From the NCBI GenBank assembly GCA_964304625.1, contig OZ199838.1:8395794-8459793 (forward strand): 64,000 nt of DNA, written 5' to 3'. The translations under genes were made by a program, and so were the position numbers. The DNA comes from Kudoa neothunni. Lineage: Eukaryota > Animalia > Cnidaria. The notes under the pieces are model-generated. The model worked only from the letters and a program-made list of their open reading frames with translations, was not told where the DNA came from and searched no databases. This document shows, one piece after another, positions 25,014 to 37,802 of this stretch; position 1 is the first letter of the stretch; every line of letters begins with the position of its first letter.

Positions 25014-28000
25014 ATGAATGATTTCCGTTGCATGAAGTTTGTATCATTGAAAAGTGTTATTGATACAGCTTTCTGGATGAAGCTCTCCCGGAAAAAATTG
25101 AAGAAATATAAACTAAGCGAGGAAATGAAAGAGGCAGTCGCATATATTGACTTTTGTGAGTAGTTGCATGTATAAGGCGATATTTCACTATATACATAGC
25201 TGGAGAAAACGTAATTGGCAATATTTTTTTAGATTTTGATAGTTTTGATCTGAGGTGATGTTTTGGTTATAATTAAACTAAATATTTTTAAGAAAACGTT
25301 TAAATCGTTATTCAATCAAAGTTGGATGTGATATTGTAGTAATGAACAACAAAAATAGTTTTCTCAAAGCAAATAAGGCTGATTTTATTAAAAAATCTGC
25401 GAGCAAAGTATATTATATTTGAGTTTAGAAAAGTATTGATCCAAGTTTAGTTTGTTCAACAAAAGTTTGACGTTATAAATAAAAATCAATTTTGCGACTA
25501 TTTCAGAGTGTTGCTAATGTGCTTTATAGTAAATTGAAATCAAAGAAATAGTTTTACGGTACGTATAGGATCTTAAAAAACATAAATTTATTTACTGGTT
25601 CGCATATCCCCATTTTAAGTTGATCCTCAAAAAAGAGGAAGAATATTCTTCTAATTCTGCTATTACAGTTGAAAAAGGAACTAATATTTCATTGATCACT
25701 GACATGTTCAGTGATATTGAAGTAGTTGTCTAATTGATACTTCTCTATTGATATTTTAGATATTAAATATGTGGGGCGCAATACAGCACCATGTAAATAT
25801 GTACCCATTCAGTATTTTAATATTAGGTTAAATAGGTTAATTTATCACATAGGCTTTTTGTATTTTTGGCTGTGCTTTGATGAAGACAAGTTTAAATGCT
25901 TAACCATCGATCAAGGGATCGGAGAATATTGTTTTGACAACTCGAGCTATAAAAAAGTATTTATAATTAAATTCCTACAGAATTAATTTGTTTAGATATT
26001 TTTGGTTTATTTTGACAGTTGTACTGAAACAGAAGAAAACACAATCGGATGGCTGATGAAACCATTGATTCTATATTTAATGAACCATTATTCGTATGTT
26101 TTTCTAGTTCAAGGTTAATTTTTACTGAAAAATATAGAAATGTTTGCCAACGAAAATTGCATATTATTGCGTTAAAAGATTTTTTCAACCAAAAGCTTCA
26201 AAAATCCATTTATTTCCCGTTTGGACCTATAGATTTACTATGCACCATTGAAGTTGATGCTAAAAAAGGTATAATTATTAATAAAATTGATAAGATAAAA
26301 TTCCTAGAACAACTTTTTACTGGCATTGAACTCAAAAATAACCGTATAATCCAAAGTCTCGACCTAAGTTCTATCATGTCCCCTCTGAAGTGTTTTTTTA
26401 AATTTCACGCTGCATTTACTTCTAATGAAGATTGGCCGAATCGAGTGCCGAACTAAATTTAAGACTTATGACCTGGAGACTCGCACCAGATATCGATATT
26501 GATCGATTTAAAAATATCTCTTGTTTGATAATAGGAGCAGGAACTCTTGGTTGTAATGTTGCTAGAGGATTGTTGGTATTTCATTGATGCTTAAGAGTAA
26601 AAATAAATGTTGTTAAACAGGGCTGGGGAGTTAGAAACATTACGTTTATAGACAACGGCGTTGTGAGTTATTCAAATCCTATAAGACAGAGTTTGTACAG
26701 GTTTAAAGACTGTAGCAACAATCATGACAAAGCATTGATTGCCGCCGAAGCTATAAAAGAAATAGCTCCTTTCGCTTTGGCCAGTGGATACAAATTAGCT
26801 GTTCCTATTCCAGGTCAGTTGATTACCGATGAAAATCAAATAAAAAATAATGTCCTGCAACTTGAAAATCTTATATCTAACCATGATGTGATTTTTTTAT
26901 TGACAGACACTAGAGAAAGTCGTTGGTTACCCACACTTTTAAGTCGTGCACATGAAAAAGTAATCTATTACCTTTTTACTTTGGCAAGAATCGTTATGAT
27001 GGCTTAGGTAGTTATTAATGCAGCAATAGGTTTTGATTCGTATATGGTAATACGTTACGGTGGTAAATTGGGAAATCCGACTGTTTCGTTGAACGATTCT
27101 GATTACTCGGTTATTTCTCCCGAAAATTTAGCATGCTACTTTTGTTCCGACTCAATTATTCCCCAAAATGTATTTCATTTCGATAAATTGTATAGATGAG
27201 TAAAATAATCTTATATAGACTCAAATTAATCGTGCCATTGATCAACAGTGCACGGTGACTCGTCCGGGAATATCCATGATGGCCAGTGCTCAAGCAGTTG
27301 AAATGTTTGCATCATTAGTCCAATCAATCCCATCTCTCCTCGTTCCGTATTTCCACAGTGATAGTGATCATTCTCAACTAACGGGAATTTCACTTAAAAA
27401 ATCTGTTCCTCACATAGTATATTGAATCAAAAATACTTTGCAGTGTACATGGCGGAACTTTGGCGATTCCATAATATTAATGAGGAAATCAGGTTACGTA
27501 AAAGTTTAAGAAACGTTTCACATTAAATAATATAAAGCAGACGTAAAAATAGTTAATTATAATATATTTTTAAACCACAACCTACAGAAATTTTTAATGT
27601 TGAGTAACTTATTACAAAAATCCCGCCGTACTAAAATAATGAACAATGTAGAGTTATCACCGGAGATAGGCTTTACTTTTAATGCATCTTTTTCCCCAGA
27701 ACATTTTCTATTAGAGTATTGTTATTTCTTATTTATTAACATTTTGCTTTCTAATGACCTCAATCTTTCTAATTAAGCCTCATTTTAATAAAATAACTCA
27801 ATCTCTATAATGCAGGCCTCTCCTATCTATATTCGATTAAAAAATTGTAATTGCCAATCTTCAACGAAAATTATATCTACACTGGAAATGAAACCTATTG
27901 TGGTTTTTGTTTGTGTTTAATATAGAACCAATAAAAAAATAAGCTGTAAAATCTTTCTACAGCTTAGAATCAATATAAGACAATATAAAACGGGATATTA

Positions 28001-30168
28001 TTTTCGAAGAAACACAATAAACATTTATTTTGTAAAGCCTTTAATATAATATTTCATTAAGTTAATAGAGAAAATATTTTTGTAAATTAACGTGTGTCCC
28101 AGGTCTTCAAAAGATCCTTATCTATCAGGACTTAAATTATAAAGGATACTCGATTAGGGGTTAAGATCGGTTCGGTTTTGAAAATTGATTTTTTAATTAA
28201 TATAAATTAGCTTTTATTATTAATTCATACAGTCTTAAATAAGTAACTGCGTTTTTAAAATGGTAAAATGACAAAAAATATTTTTGAATGACGTGTTTTA
28301 ACAGGGAACAAATTTTGTATTTAATATTACAGGAATTGTATCTGGTATTTGGAGCTATTTTGTTAGTCTTTCTAATAAAAGAGCAAAATATAGTAAATGC
28401 GACTTCATACGCACCAATACAATTGAGGATTTCTCACGTATTGACGGAACCATTTCGGAAATTTTACAAATGAAATTTATCAAACGCTGCTTTGAACTAC
28501 GCACCTTTTGGTCCGATATATTTATGGTTTTAAGATTCGATTCAAACATTTGTATAAAGAATATTTTCTACAAAATACTGTAAATTTGGAGCTAGAAGAC
28601 GTAGTTAATTTCATTGAACTAAATGATCAAATCCAAAACTATGAACCTTCCGAACCTGAGAAAAATTTAGATAATTTGATAAATTACGTGTCCAGACCAA
28701 AAAGAACAAAATATTGCTCGTATTCAGTGTAACTACTAATTTTATTAATCACGATGTGTTGTCAGATCATTTAGAAAGGGTTCGTAAAACTCTTTCTAAT
28801 GTTAGACCTACGAATATTGACTCAGACAGATGTTTTACTTTATACAACCGTTCTATTTCCCCGTTGGGAACAAAATTGAGCGACTCGAAACTTGAAACCA
28901 TTGTGTTTATTTATGAAAATAGAAATAATCAAATTGAAATTTGAGACATGAAATCTTTTATTGTGTTTGGAACCATTTTATCGTAAAATATTTATAATCG
29001 TTTTTAAATGCAATAAAAATAACTTTAAAAATAAAATTAATTAAAACAATTAAAGATAATATCAAATTTAATTCAACTGTAAAATAAATTAAAATTTTGT
29101 TCTAAAGAGCATATTTTTAAACAAAGAACGACTAAAATAAAATTTCAACCAATCACATTTTTACATATTTTTTTCATGCAAAAATTGACATTGATAATTG
29201 GAAAAATTATTTACAAAACCGAAATGTTGAACCGAAACCGAACCGTCTTAATCCCTATATCCGATAAGATATTATTTAGGGACGACAAATTCTTTCTAAA
29301 TATATCTCAATGCAGAAATTCGAATATTTTGAAAATAATCATAGAAAATCTCTAGAGGAATTTTTCTGCAATCGAGTCCAAGATGTGAGCTGTATTAAAT
29401 CAGGTGATTCGTTTCTTGTAGATTGATTTTATAAAGAGGACAAATTTACGCTACTTAAAAAATGAATTAAACCAAACAGGTTTTTTTGTGGGGACTTTAA
29501 GTAAATGTATAGCAATCAAAATAAACTTTCTAACATCAGATCTAATATAATTATGTGATAGATTAATTCTTGATAAAGTAACGTCGTTTCTAACCCAACG
29601 AAAAAATCATTTGAAAGAAATACAATCATGATTTTTTATTACACACTTTTTGAGGGATTGTGAAAACCGTGCGAAATAAGCGTAACCGGCTGCACATATT
29701 TCCCCCAATGTTAAAAGATTTACAAGTTTATGAAGCATTAGATTTAAACCCAAAGTTTTGCCATCTTACTGTAAAATGACGGATCAAAAATCAAGATTGT
29801 AAACTAGTTCTACTTTCTTAATAGGTTAGATTCTTCTTAGCAACAAACAATATCTTGACTCTTGGAGGTCATCGTTACAAGGACTGCGTTGCATGCTCAC
29901 CAAAAGTACGATGATAGTCAATCTAATCTAGTATACATATAATTTATTTTAGGTGTTGGAAAAATATAACAAAAAAGGCTGTGACTATGTTATTTCTGTT
30001 ATCAAAAATCCTGACCAATTAAAACCCCCAGTAATAGATAAAAAGGTGAGCTATAATGAATTTATCGTTATAAACTCGTTTAATTAATTTTCTTAGATGG
30101 AAAACACATTTGAGAACGGCAATCAAAATAACAAAAGGGAAAATGATGATGGTTTTGTTTTAATATAA
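25014..30168 (+). CDS. ATG7: Ubiquitin-like modifier-activating enzyme ATG7 (multi-exon; 2408-nt intron 27417..29824)
   Basis: [19 protein letters not shown]; [14 protein letters not shown]; [18 protein letters not shown]|[13 protein letters not shown] (GxGxxG); [13 protein letters not shown]; LACYFC; catalytic [10 protein letters not shown]; after the long intron VRFFLA...DCVACSPK|VLEKY...GFVLI*. Confidence 0.95.
28155..29257 (+). mobile_element. Deleted hAT element inside the long ATG7 intron
   Basis: TIRs TAGGGGTTAAGATCGGTTCGGTTT / AAACCGAACCGTCTTAATCCCTA. Degenerate 8-bp TSD TACTCGAT / TATCCGAT. ORF 28714..28944 resembles the hAT dimerisation domain ([12 protein letters not shown]...[11 protein letters not shown]). 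Confidence 0.8.
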
Positions 30169-30187
30169 CATCACTTCATATAACACA

Positions 30188-33100
30188 TTATTGGATACAT
30201 AAGATTTTATATAAATCTTTTTCAGTAACTGGATTATTTATTGAATCCATAACGGCTAAAAAATTGTTATCACAACATTCACAAGATAAATCTAACCTAC
30301 CTTTTGCAGTATAAACACTGTTGGCAAAACTTTTATCATCCCTGACTCGAATAATGTTCCAATTGCCATTATTTAGGTTGCATTCAACAATTTTGTTATG
30401 AAAATGCTCAATCGAATTCGAATACTATCATAAAATCATAGGATAAGTTTACTTACTACCACTGAAAAATGTACTTTGATTTCGGCAGTTGATTGAGATG
30501 AGCCAGCTAGGTATAAATGAGCTTTTTTCTCAATAAGACATCTAAAATGTGTTAACACATTAAATTATCCAAGGTTGTAATATTTCGTTAGTGGGGTTAA
30601 ATGGCAGTAATACGACTAATTATAAATTTAAATTTTTAAGCAAAGAAAATTACAAACAATTAGACAACGTTAAGATTAACGATAAAGTTATGGGTTTGGG
30701 TACAGAATTAATAATAAATCAAAAATATAACAAGAAAAATAGAAGATTAGCAATAGATGCCTTATTTACGATTTAAAGTGCTGTACAGTTAAAATTTCGA
30801 TACTCACATCTTGGAATTACTTGATGGATTAAATTTAAAAAAGTATCGACTTTATAAAATTAAAGTTGGCGGAGTTTAAATAGCACGAATCATTTTTTAA
30901 TTTGACACAGAAGACATATCGATCCCTCAAATTATTTTAAAATTAAGATTATGTTAATTCTTTTAATTATATTGTAGACAGATTTTTGTATAATTAGAGG
31001 CGTCTCACGAGGACTTTTACCTCAAAAGTGATTTTATAATAAACATGACAATGATGCATCTACATAATTAAATATTTCTACTCTCTATTACTGCGTTTCC
31101 AGATTAAAAGGCCTACTATTATTCTTCAGTTATTTTTTAACATGACTTACCTGCTTAAAAAGTAAGACAGTTAAATGCTCAAAATCTAGTTACTCTGAAT
31201 CATATATTAAAATATCTCTAGAGATGTAATTTTATTGGGTATTTACTAATAATACTCATCAAATTGTTTCAATAAAAATATTTTTTCTCTATTTAAAAAA
31301 AATTTGTTGTACGTCTTCTATATGAGTTAAATAATGCATAGGAAGGTTTGTCTGTAGTTATTAAAGATCTAATTCCCATACTAAACCATAAATAAATATA
31401 AGACCTATCTTTATTCGAGGAAAAGCGGTATTTACTCAAACAAAAACATTCCTTAAAAATCTATTAAATTAACATACAAATATATAAAGTAATCGTTACG
31501 TTTTATCATTTTTAGGCTCCAGTGGTTTCTTTCATATAAATTAATTCGTATATTGATAACAATATATTCTTTGTCATAATGGCTTTAAAATATATATTTA
31601 AGAAAACGCTGCTTAAAAATTAATTCCACGTAAAAAATATGACGCACTTTTTAGCGTGACGAAAACAGAATTACGCAAACCCCACATACGGTTAAATCGA
31701 TTAAAATTATCCTCAAATTTTGGAAAAGCTATCATGTTAGTTTTTAACATTTTAGACAAAGTGTATCTCCTGAGAACCTAATGTTGAGAATATTAATAAA
31801 ATTCAGAAATTAAAATCCTATTTTTAAACATCTAAAAATTTTAGCTTCATTTTAGATAAATTTATTAGACGAATTTATTGTCTAATATTATAATTAACTA
31901 TATGTACAAAGTTTACGGAAGTTAACTCGCAATCGCATATTCAATACAATTGTGTGGTTGTGGGTGGAACTAAAACCTCACACCAACCTTGTGCGCATGG
32001 TATGAGATATGTATTATACCCAGGTGCTTTCACAGTTGATATCATTAGTCTAAAGTCGATCGTATTCAGATGAGGAGGTTTCCATTTTAGAATTGACTGA
32101 CACGTACCAGGAGTATAAGGCTATCAAAATTTTGTATTAATGTCGAGTAGCATCAATAATTAATACTTCATTGACAGGCTGAAATATAATTCCATCGACT
32201 GGATGGGTAATATTTGGAATAACGTCTCTAAACAACTAATAATCACGTTAATAAACAGATTTCTTCTAAAGTTTATTTTCGAATACATGTTGACTGTGTT
32301 TTAACTCATAGAATTGTTTCCTGCGAACACTAAATGATTGGGATTGTCGTGAGTAGGTTCCCTTTTGCATCTAAAAAATATTTTTTAAATTCATGTGATT
32401 AAAGTAATTAAGGAGAACTATTTATAGTCATACATGGTAATCTCTGGGATCAATCAAATCAACTCTTATGTGATGATACCTTTTCCAGAAATTTTCATTA
32501 CCAAAATATTCTCCCTAGAATGTGAATTTGTTAAAGAAACCCAGTAAATGACTAAAATCACATTCAACAGTATAATATCGTATATCATGAATCGCGGGTA
32601 GTTGAAATTATTTACATGCTCAACAATCATCTCCTGAATCAAAAAATGAAAGCATTTAATAAACAAATAAATTTCATACACCATCTATAAGTGTATCATG
32701 AATGTGTTGGGTTGTTTGATCCACATTTTCATTAGGTTTCGCTGGGTTGGAAGCCTGGAGACCAACAGGAAAGATCAACGAAGGTATTTTGAAAACATTG
32801 AAGTCTCGATCAATCATGAACACTTTACTCTCGGCCAAAATGTACATAAGATAGCGTGTTCCATCCGCCTTCCAACTTATAGAATACGGATGCGTCTGGA
32901 TGAGTTGGACGTTGTTTGCATCCATTGAGACTGGCTGGCTTCCAGGGAAGCCATCACTATGCATAAAATAATTTAGTTAAAGAACAAAAGTTTGACTTAG
33001 TAATTGAATTAACTAAAGTTACCGACACGAAGGAAAAATCTCCAGCATTCTAAGTTTAACGTCAGAAGCGTCATCTTCACTCGCAAGATAAATATTCAAT

Positions 33101-34144
33101 CCATCTAAACAAAACTAAAAGCACAAAACATGATTATCAATAGCATAGAACGAAGACTGCAATACTTTTGCAGTATCTTGGTTAGTAGGTTTCTCATTCT
33201 CATGGGTTGAAGATGCAGCCGTAGATGTTGTAAAAGGTTTATTGTTATTACTTTTATCGTCAATGTGTTTTGAATACTGATCTAATACATCTTTAGGACT
33301 CCAATGAGGTTTTTTTGCTGCACAAATTTTATCGTCGCACTCATAAATTTTCAACAATTCATCCACATAATCTTGTTTGTAAATCCCAGGTGGACGTGCC
33401 TTAAATAAGAGTCAAATCGTTCGGTTTTAACAAATAACTTTCAGCTCTCACTTCATTTAAATAGTCGATGGATGTTTTTAAACTTATATTCACAGATTAG
33501 ATAGCATACCACAAGTGTCACTTACTCCATCATTCGTTCCTCATACAAATAACAAATGATCATGAAACAAGTTCGATTATAGCCGTGAGTGCAGTGTACC
33601 ACTAGGAAATATATGAATTCAAATACCGTGAGAAAAAAAAATTTACAAATAAGCTCATTAGGTGAAGCTTCTTCGTGCTGTTTGCAAATATTAATAAATT
33701 TATTGATTTGTTGTTTTGTTGGAGTTTCCCCATGACTAATTATTTAATAAATTTTAAATGAACGGCACATAGCACACTTTAATTGGAAATATTTACCCTA
33801 CACAGGAAATTTTGAAATATTTCTTCCCCAAAACTTCTATATCACTAGGTTGGTAATATTTTCTTGAGTTATTCAGATCGATAACCACCCCTATTTTCTT
33901 CTACAAAAATTACTTATACACTCAAACAATCCTATTACTCCAAAGTGTTTTTCAATTTCAATCAAATAACTGGGTTCATATCTAAAACCCTCCGGAATAG
34001 CACTACGGTAGGTCTCATCGAGGAAAGTTTTCGATGCGACAAATAAATCTGATTAAAGTTTTAATGGTATAACAATATTAGACATTCACCCAAAATTGAT
34101 CCTTTACTGAACCATGGACATTCTAACCAATTTCGTGGTAGCAT
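30188..34144 (-). CDS. RNGTT: Bifunctional mRNA capping enzyme (RNA triphosphatase + guanylyltransferase); 1478-nt intron 30542..32019
   Basis: MLPRNWLECP; VIDLNNS; VHCTHGYNRT (Cys-phosphatase P-loop); ARPPGIYKQDY; FPGSQPVS; WKADGTRY (motif I); DGIIFQP; LKWKP; terminal exons KIVEC...RVRDDKSFANS...SINNPVTEK...CIQ*. Confidence 0.95.
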
Positions 34145-34187
34145 AATGCCGCAAACGCTCCAAGATCTAATCACAAATCTGCCTCTC

Positions 34188-34197
34188 TGCGCAGGCG
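34188..34197. promoter_or_regulatory. NRF1-like element TGCGCAGGCG upstream of RNGTT
   Basis: Lies 43 nt upstream of the ATG at 34144. A second TGCGCGCG occurs at ~34259. Confidence 0.45.
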
Positions 34198-35337
34198 TTT
34201 CTCTATTCTTAGACTACTTGAACACTAATAATATAACTGTCCGCTTTTGTGGTTTTTATGCGCGCGAATTTTACTTTCAGAGAAACCTAATTATATGGCT
34301 TTGATCAAAATTTTTGTAGTGGTCACCCACGTGTGTGTATTGAATAGTATGTCGGATCATAATACAGTTTATTGAAATAAGTAATATGTTGGTAAAAATC
34401 TCCATAAAGTGCGAATTATTACTTTACAGTCCGTCATAGCTAATTATAACAATGTGGATCGCTAAATTACATACAAAATTACTTGTAATTTAAGTCTTAA
34501 TATTGGAAATTGATTTTTGATCAAAAAATTGAGATAATTCTTTATCTTCATGTGTATGGTTTTATCCTTACAAAAATTAACAAAAAACTAGGTTTTTGTT
34601 TTCATTGTTAGTTAAAAAGCTCAGTCAAACTCGCCATCTTTTTGGAATAAATAGAGCGTAACTCTATGTTCCTTATTTGTAACGAAAATTCAAAATAACA
34701 AGTAGGCCTGTGTTAAATCTTATCCTCCTGTTCTCTGTAAATTTTTTCTTCTATAGTATACCACCCTATATCTTGACACCTAAAAAATTTGAATCAATAC
34801 CCCAACGTTCAAAAATGTTAATTCTTACATTATACAGTATTTCCAAACCTAAATGCAACAGTGATGTGTCAAAATGGATTAATAAATTAAAAGCATGTTG
34901 GGTCTCGAGCCTTCCACGAATTGGCGCCAAAACGGAATCCCCGTTGCGGCCGTTGAGATAATAATTGGAAACCATGTCCTTCTTTATTCAAAGAGTATTT
35001 GGTCGCCGTTTCTCCGTAAATTACACCACTTGCACTGTTCCTTCGATTTGGTGAAGAAACGTGGGACCAATACACCCCTCAACATTGACCACATTATGAA
35101 ACCATCTTACCATCGAAAGCGGCGGTACAAATTGTCAGAAATGAAGGCCGGACAACATCGGGATTTAGAGCCCCTCACCCTATTTAAACTAATGTTAAAT
35201 TTCGCTAGCACACTCTCTCGCGCTTTTTCAATTAACTTTGTGTTTTCTTTTGGCATTTGGTGCGTATACAACAAAGCATATAAGTATTAGTTTTCTATTT
35301 CTTTCATATTTAATCATCTTGGGAAATACGACTCTGC

Positions 35338-36395
35338 TTAATTAGAATAATTTTGAAGTTGGGCAGGTGTTATTATTTCATCAGGGATCTTCAAGAAAGC
35401 TTCCATTAATTCATCTGTATTTGTGGTTGTTTTTCTTCGGACAATCGATTTTATTTGGTGAAAGAATTCCTCTATAGAGTTGAGGAATAGTGAATATGGA
35501 GGCAGAAACAAAAGTTTGTGGCCGCCTGAATCAATTTTTCGCCGAATAAGATCGTTTTTATGAAACCTTACATTGTCCATAATTAACAACGCATTTTGAA
35601 TTCTATCGTTCGATAAATCATCAAGAAGTTTTTCTATGAAAATATGGAGAACTTGCAGATTCACTGTGCCACTTTCCAGCTTAAATGTCCAAACTTTTTC
35701 AGAGCTAAAAACTGCTACCAATGTGGTGTTTTTGGATCAAATACTTTTCACTTTCAGGTTCAAGAGCGAACCTGAAAGTGACCTCCCAAATGTTCGTCTC
35801 ATAGAAAATAAGAAGCTATACTCATCAATGTAAATCACAGGAAAATGGAATGGTTTACAGTGCAGATACTCTAAAACATAACTAATAAATATAACACTTA
35901 ATGTTAATTAATAAAAACATTTTTTGCGTTTTGATATGCAATCCTAAGAATTTCTCGCAATCGGTACAATTGAAATTTTTTGAGGGCGGAATGGAACTGG
36001 TTTAAACAATTAGCAATAGTCTGTCTAGAAACACCGATATTATGTTCTTGTAGCTTCTTGGCGATTGAATCTAATGTAACTGTGAAATCCTCATTCACTA
36101 AGTTTTGGATATATGATTTATGAGCGGTTGTCAATTTTGACCTTCTGGCCCCATCTCTTTTCTTGGGGATGCATTCTTCATCGATCTCAACATCATCCTT
36201 GAATTCTTTTTGTAAGAACCGTGGAATTGTTGATTTATGAACGTCAACTGTTGTGGAATTTCGGCCATAGGTACAATTTTCCTTAACATCTCTCAAAAAC
36301 AGTTGAACTAACGCTATATACTTTAGATACCCTAGTGATAATTTCTTCGTTTGTGTCGTTAAGATGTGATGAGTTATGATCCGATATCGTTGCAT
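35338..36395 (-). mobile_element. Tc1/IS630-like transposase remnant
   Basis: HTH-like region (VTLDSIAKKL..VSRQTIANCL), a YIDE motif near 35825, LIMDNVRFHK and FLPPYSLFLNSIEE. Termini unclear. Confidence 0.82.
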
Positions 36396-37802
36396 TTAGG
36401 TCTTGAAATACTGTATATTCAAAGTAATTCTATGTGTAGTATTTGTGCTATTATTCATGGAGAATCCTTGAGATTTCGACGTACATGTCATTCATATAAG
36501 ATAGCTCGTAAAATCAAATACGAGAAACACAAATAGCAAAAATATTGGTGTCCCCCACACCAAGAAAATTATGCTCTATAAAATAAATACTTTAATTAAT
36601 TTTTAAATTTCATTTTTTTATTATTAGCGAAAACCCCCGCCTTTGCTTGGCTATACAAATATTTTGAGTAGAAGAATCCCTTTAAAATCATTTCAAAAAT
36701 ACACTAATACTTTCAGTTAACCCATAGGAAGGATTAAATCAACACAATTTTAAAGCATTTTAATTTCTACAATTGTGATATACGCAATTAAAATTAAGAT
36801 CATTTTACCCAATATAAGCTATAATATATTCTTCTCTACAACATAGTTATACAGCACAAAATATCAACCTAAATTATTAAATAGCTAGGTAAAATAAAAC
36901 TAAAACGTTTTTATCCTTTATACAATAGGTAATCGATTTTCCGTAATCCCCTTGGGATCAGAGAAAGTTATTGAAAATGCATCACTGACCGATTTTACGT
37001 ATTTATGATGCAAGCGCGGACGATTAAGAATATTTTGTATTGAAGTAATATAATAAAGTTCACAATCATTAATTTTTAGAAATATTTTTAACACCACTTG
37101 AAAAAAATCTGGTGGCTATGTATTTATGTCGTTATCATATGCAATAATGGGGGTTTATAAACGAAATACTTTGGTAGTTGGACTTTGAAAAATAAATTAC
37201 AGTCAACAACGGTTATTGCGTAGGTGAATATTGCTTACTTTTCGTTGTGTGTCATTATTTTATCATTTTATAAAGTGCAGTTCTATCTCTTTAGTCTTTT
37301 AAGTTGTTAAGGAAACATTTGGGATTATTTATTTAAGAAATTTTTTTACAAATACTAGAAAATGGATATTGAGCACTAATTTCAGCTACCATTAAATTTA
37401 ACAATATCTTGAAATCAATGTGTATTATTATTATTATTTGGTGATCTTTATGTTAAAGAAATTGAACGAAATTAAACGTTGACGTCCACTTTTTTCTATT
37501 TTTATATTAATAAAAATGATTCTGGATTAATTCATTAAACAGCAAAAATTGAATTAATAGTCAATACAGAAAATAGAAATATTTTTATAATTGTAAATTT
37601 TATCCCCATGTACAAATTTATTAGTACTTTGGTTTCCGTACAGTATTACATGTTTTTATTTAAATCTGAGTAGATTCATTGATTTTAAATTACAATTGTT
37701 TGTCATTGTACGTAAATCAAAAAACTATAATGATAACACATGAATGTATGCTTTTACTATTAGATTGTTTCAAGGTTAAATTAACTCTATTTTATTGCTT
37801 AA

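Noticed and set aside
27444-27525. ATG7 ending in a short exon right after a 27-nt intron
   Set aside because: It gives no ATG7-like sequence. The conserved C-terminal CxxC is encoded from 29825 onward, so this is kept only as a possible minor isoform.
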